From positions 1 to 62,765 of the forward strand of contig JBMFGW010000006.1 of the NCBI GenBank assembly GCA_049977145.1: a stretch of DNA of 62,765 bases, written 5' to 3'. The notes beneath the pieces are model-generated. The model saw nothing but the letters and a program-made list of their open reading frames with translations, made no database searches and was not told the DNA's origin. The translations under genes were made by a program, and so were the position numbers. This document shows, in pieces, positions 61,730 through 62,765 of this stretch (positions are counted from its first letter, which is position 1; each line of letters starts with the position of its first letter). This DNA comes from Phycisphaerae bacterium (GTDB lineage: Bacteria > Planctomycetota > Phycisphaerae > WQYP01).

Positions 61730-62765
61730 TTATGTTGTTGCGGATTGCCATTCTTCCCAGAGGAGGGGTTGTTCCTGGCGCATTCGGGCGCGTTGGGATT
61801 CCAGGGCGGCGCGCAATAAAGTCAGGGCGAGGTTGGCGGCGGTGGGGATGCCGGGTTCATCGGGGCTGGCGGGGGTTTTGCTGTACCAGTCTAAGAGCGC
61901 ATCGACGCCGGGGCGGATCAGCAGGGTTTCGCGTTCCAACTCTTTTTCAATATTGACGCCGGTGTCGCCTTCTCTTACCGGCAGGGCGGCTCCGATAAGG
62001 AAATGGGCCTGATCCAATTCGGTTTTAAGTTCCCGGCGTTGGCGAAGGCGCATGAGCTGGAAGCGGTCATAAATGGGGACGCGCTTGATAAGTTTATCAT
62101 GTTCGATAATCCAGGGGCTGGTGCCGGTGCGTTCAAAATCGCGCTGTTGGATGGCGGTGCCGCGCAGAAGTTTGCTGATTTCATCGCGGCTGTAGGCGGA
62201 TTTGGTGCCGAAGAGGCGGAGGAATTGGTAGACCACGGGCTGGACCAGGCTGGGTGGGCGCTGGCCCGGTTGGCCGGAGCTTTCATCAAGCAATTGGTTG
62301 ATGCCCAGCAGGGCATCGCGGATGGATAATACGACATTTTCTCCGCCGGGGGCGGAAACCAGAACTTTGCCGTAATGGCGGCTGAAAAATTCCAGGGCTT
62401 TGCCGCGGAGGATCACGCGGATGTCCGCATCGGAAAGGCCGCGGCTGCGGTAGGATTCCAATACGGGGCGCAGGCGGGCAAGTTCACCTTTGACCCATTG
62501 GCGCATTTTGGGCCAGGAGACGGGCGTTGGTTCTTCCAGCCGTTTGCGGCAAACGTGGATGATGTCGTATTCGATTTTTCGGGAGCCGAATTGGCCGCCC
62601 TCGCCTTTGGTTTCATCGCTGCGGATCGGGTAGGTGGCCTCAAGCAGCCAGCCGGAATCGAAGAGACTTTGGAGCAGTGAAATCCAAGGTTCGTCGGCGC
62701 TGTGGTGGAAGGTAAATGCCATGACGCCGCCATCCTTCATCACGCGGCGGCACTCCGTCCAGCAT
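61730..62765 (-). CDS. DUF1156/COG1743-type adenine DNA methylase, C-terminal part (5'-partial)
   Basis: WTECRRVMKDGGVMAFTFHH...ATYPIRSDETKG...YDIIHVCRKR; the frame is open to the window end; catalytic motifs lie outside the window. Confidence 0.8.
   Translation of the reverse strand, partial: CWTECRRVMKDGGVMAFTFHHSADEPWISLLQSLFDSGWLLEATYPIRSDETKGEGGQFGSRKIEYDIIHVCRKRLEEPTPVSWPKMRQWVKGELARLRPVLESYRSRGLSDADIRVILRGKALEFFSRHYGKVLVSAPGGENVVLSIRDALLGINQLLDESSGQPGQRPPSLVQPVVYQFLRLFGTKSAYSRDEISKLLRGTAIQQRDFERTGTSPWIIEHDKLIKRVPIYDRFQLMRLRQRRELKTELDQAHFLIGAALPVREGDTGVNIEKELERETLLIRPGVDALLDWYSKTPASPDEPGIPTAANLALTLLRAALESQRARMRQEQPLLWEEWQSATT

Overview
Bacterial chromosomal window. Gene content points to a planctomycete, probably Phycisphaerae: a DUF1559/H-X9-DG prepilin-like gene, a tpiA-secG-yicC-gmk-rpoZ-coaC cluster, MoxR and VWA-GATase genes. 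Most of 4.1-56.7 kb is housekeeping and envelope genes (lptD-like, bioAD, pcm, aroF, lspA, nadA, def, cysS, GH3). Both edges carry SNF2-helicase, defence-type operons that run out of the window. At left is a helicase with a C-terminal PD-(D/E)XK/DUF3883-type domain, absent from the ORF track because it has no stop in the window. At right are a DUF1156/COG1743-type methylase, a 172-aa unknown protein, a second helicase and a gene truncated by an IS remnant. The most unusual region is ~28.9-32.5 kb. There, two full copies and one partial copy of a ~310-320 bp internally deleted RAYT/Y1 (HUH) transposase gene, bounded by inverted GGGACAGTC...GACTGTCCC ends, alternate with unrelated cargo. The cargo comprises a purN 3' fragment, an IS1634-like fragment, two intact PD-(D/E)XK-like nuclease genes, a third nuclease remnant and an antitoxin remnant. 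One element end is iterated four times (CCCTAGTATC). The window also has a GTAACCGTTCAC-ended MITE family, a REP-like palindrome in frame inside the left helicase, and a ~700-bp mosaic of REP-like repeats inside the right operon. I saw no tRNA, rRNA or CRISPR array. All family assignments come from motif recognition by eye; no database searches were run.
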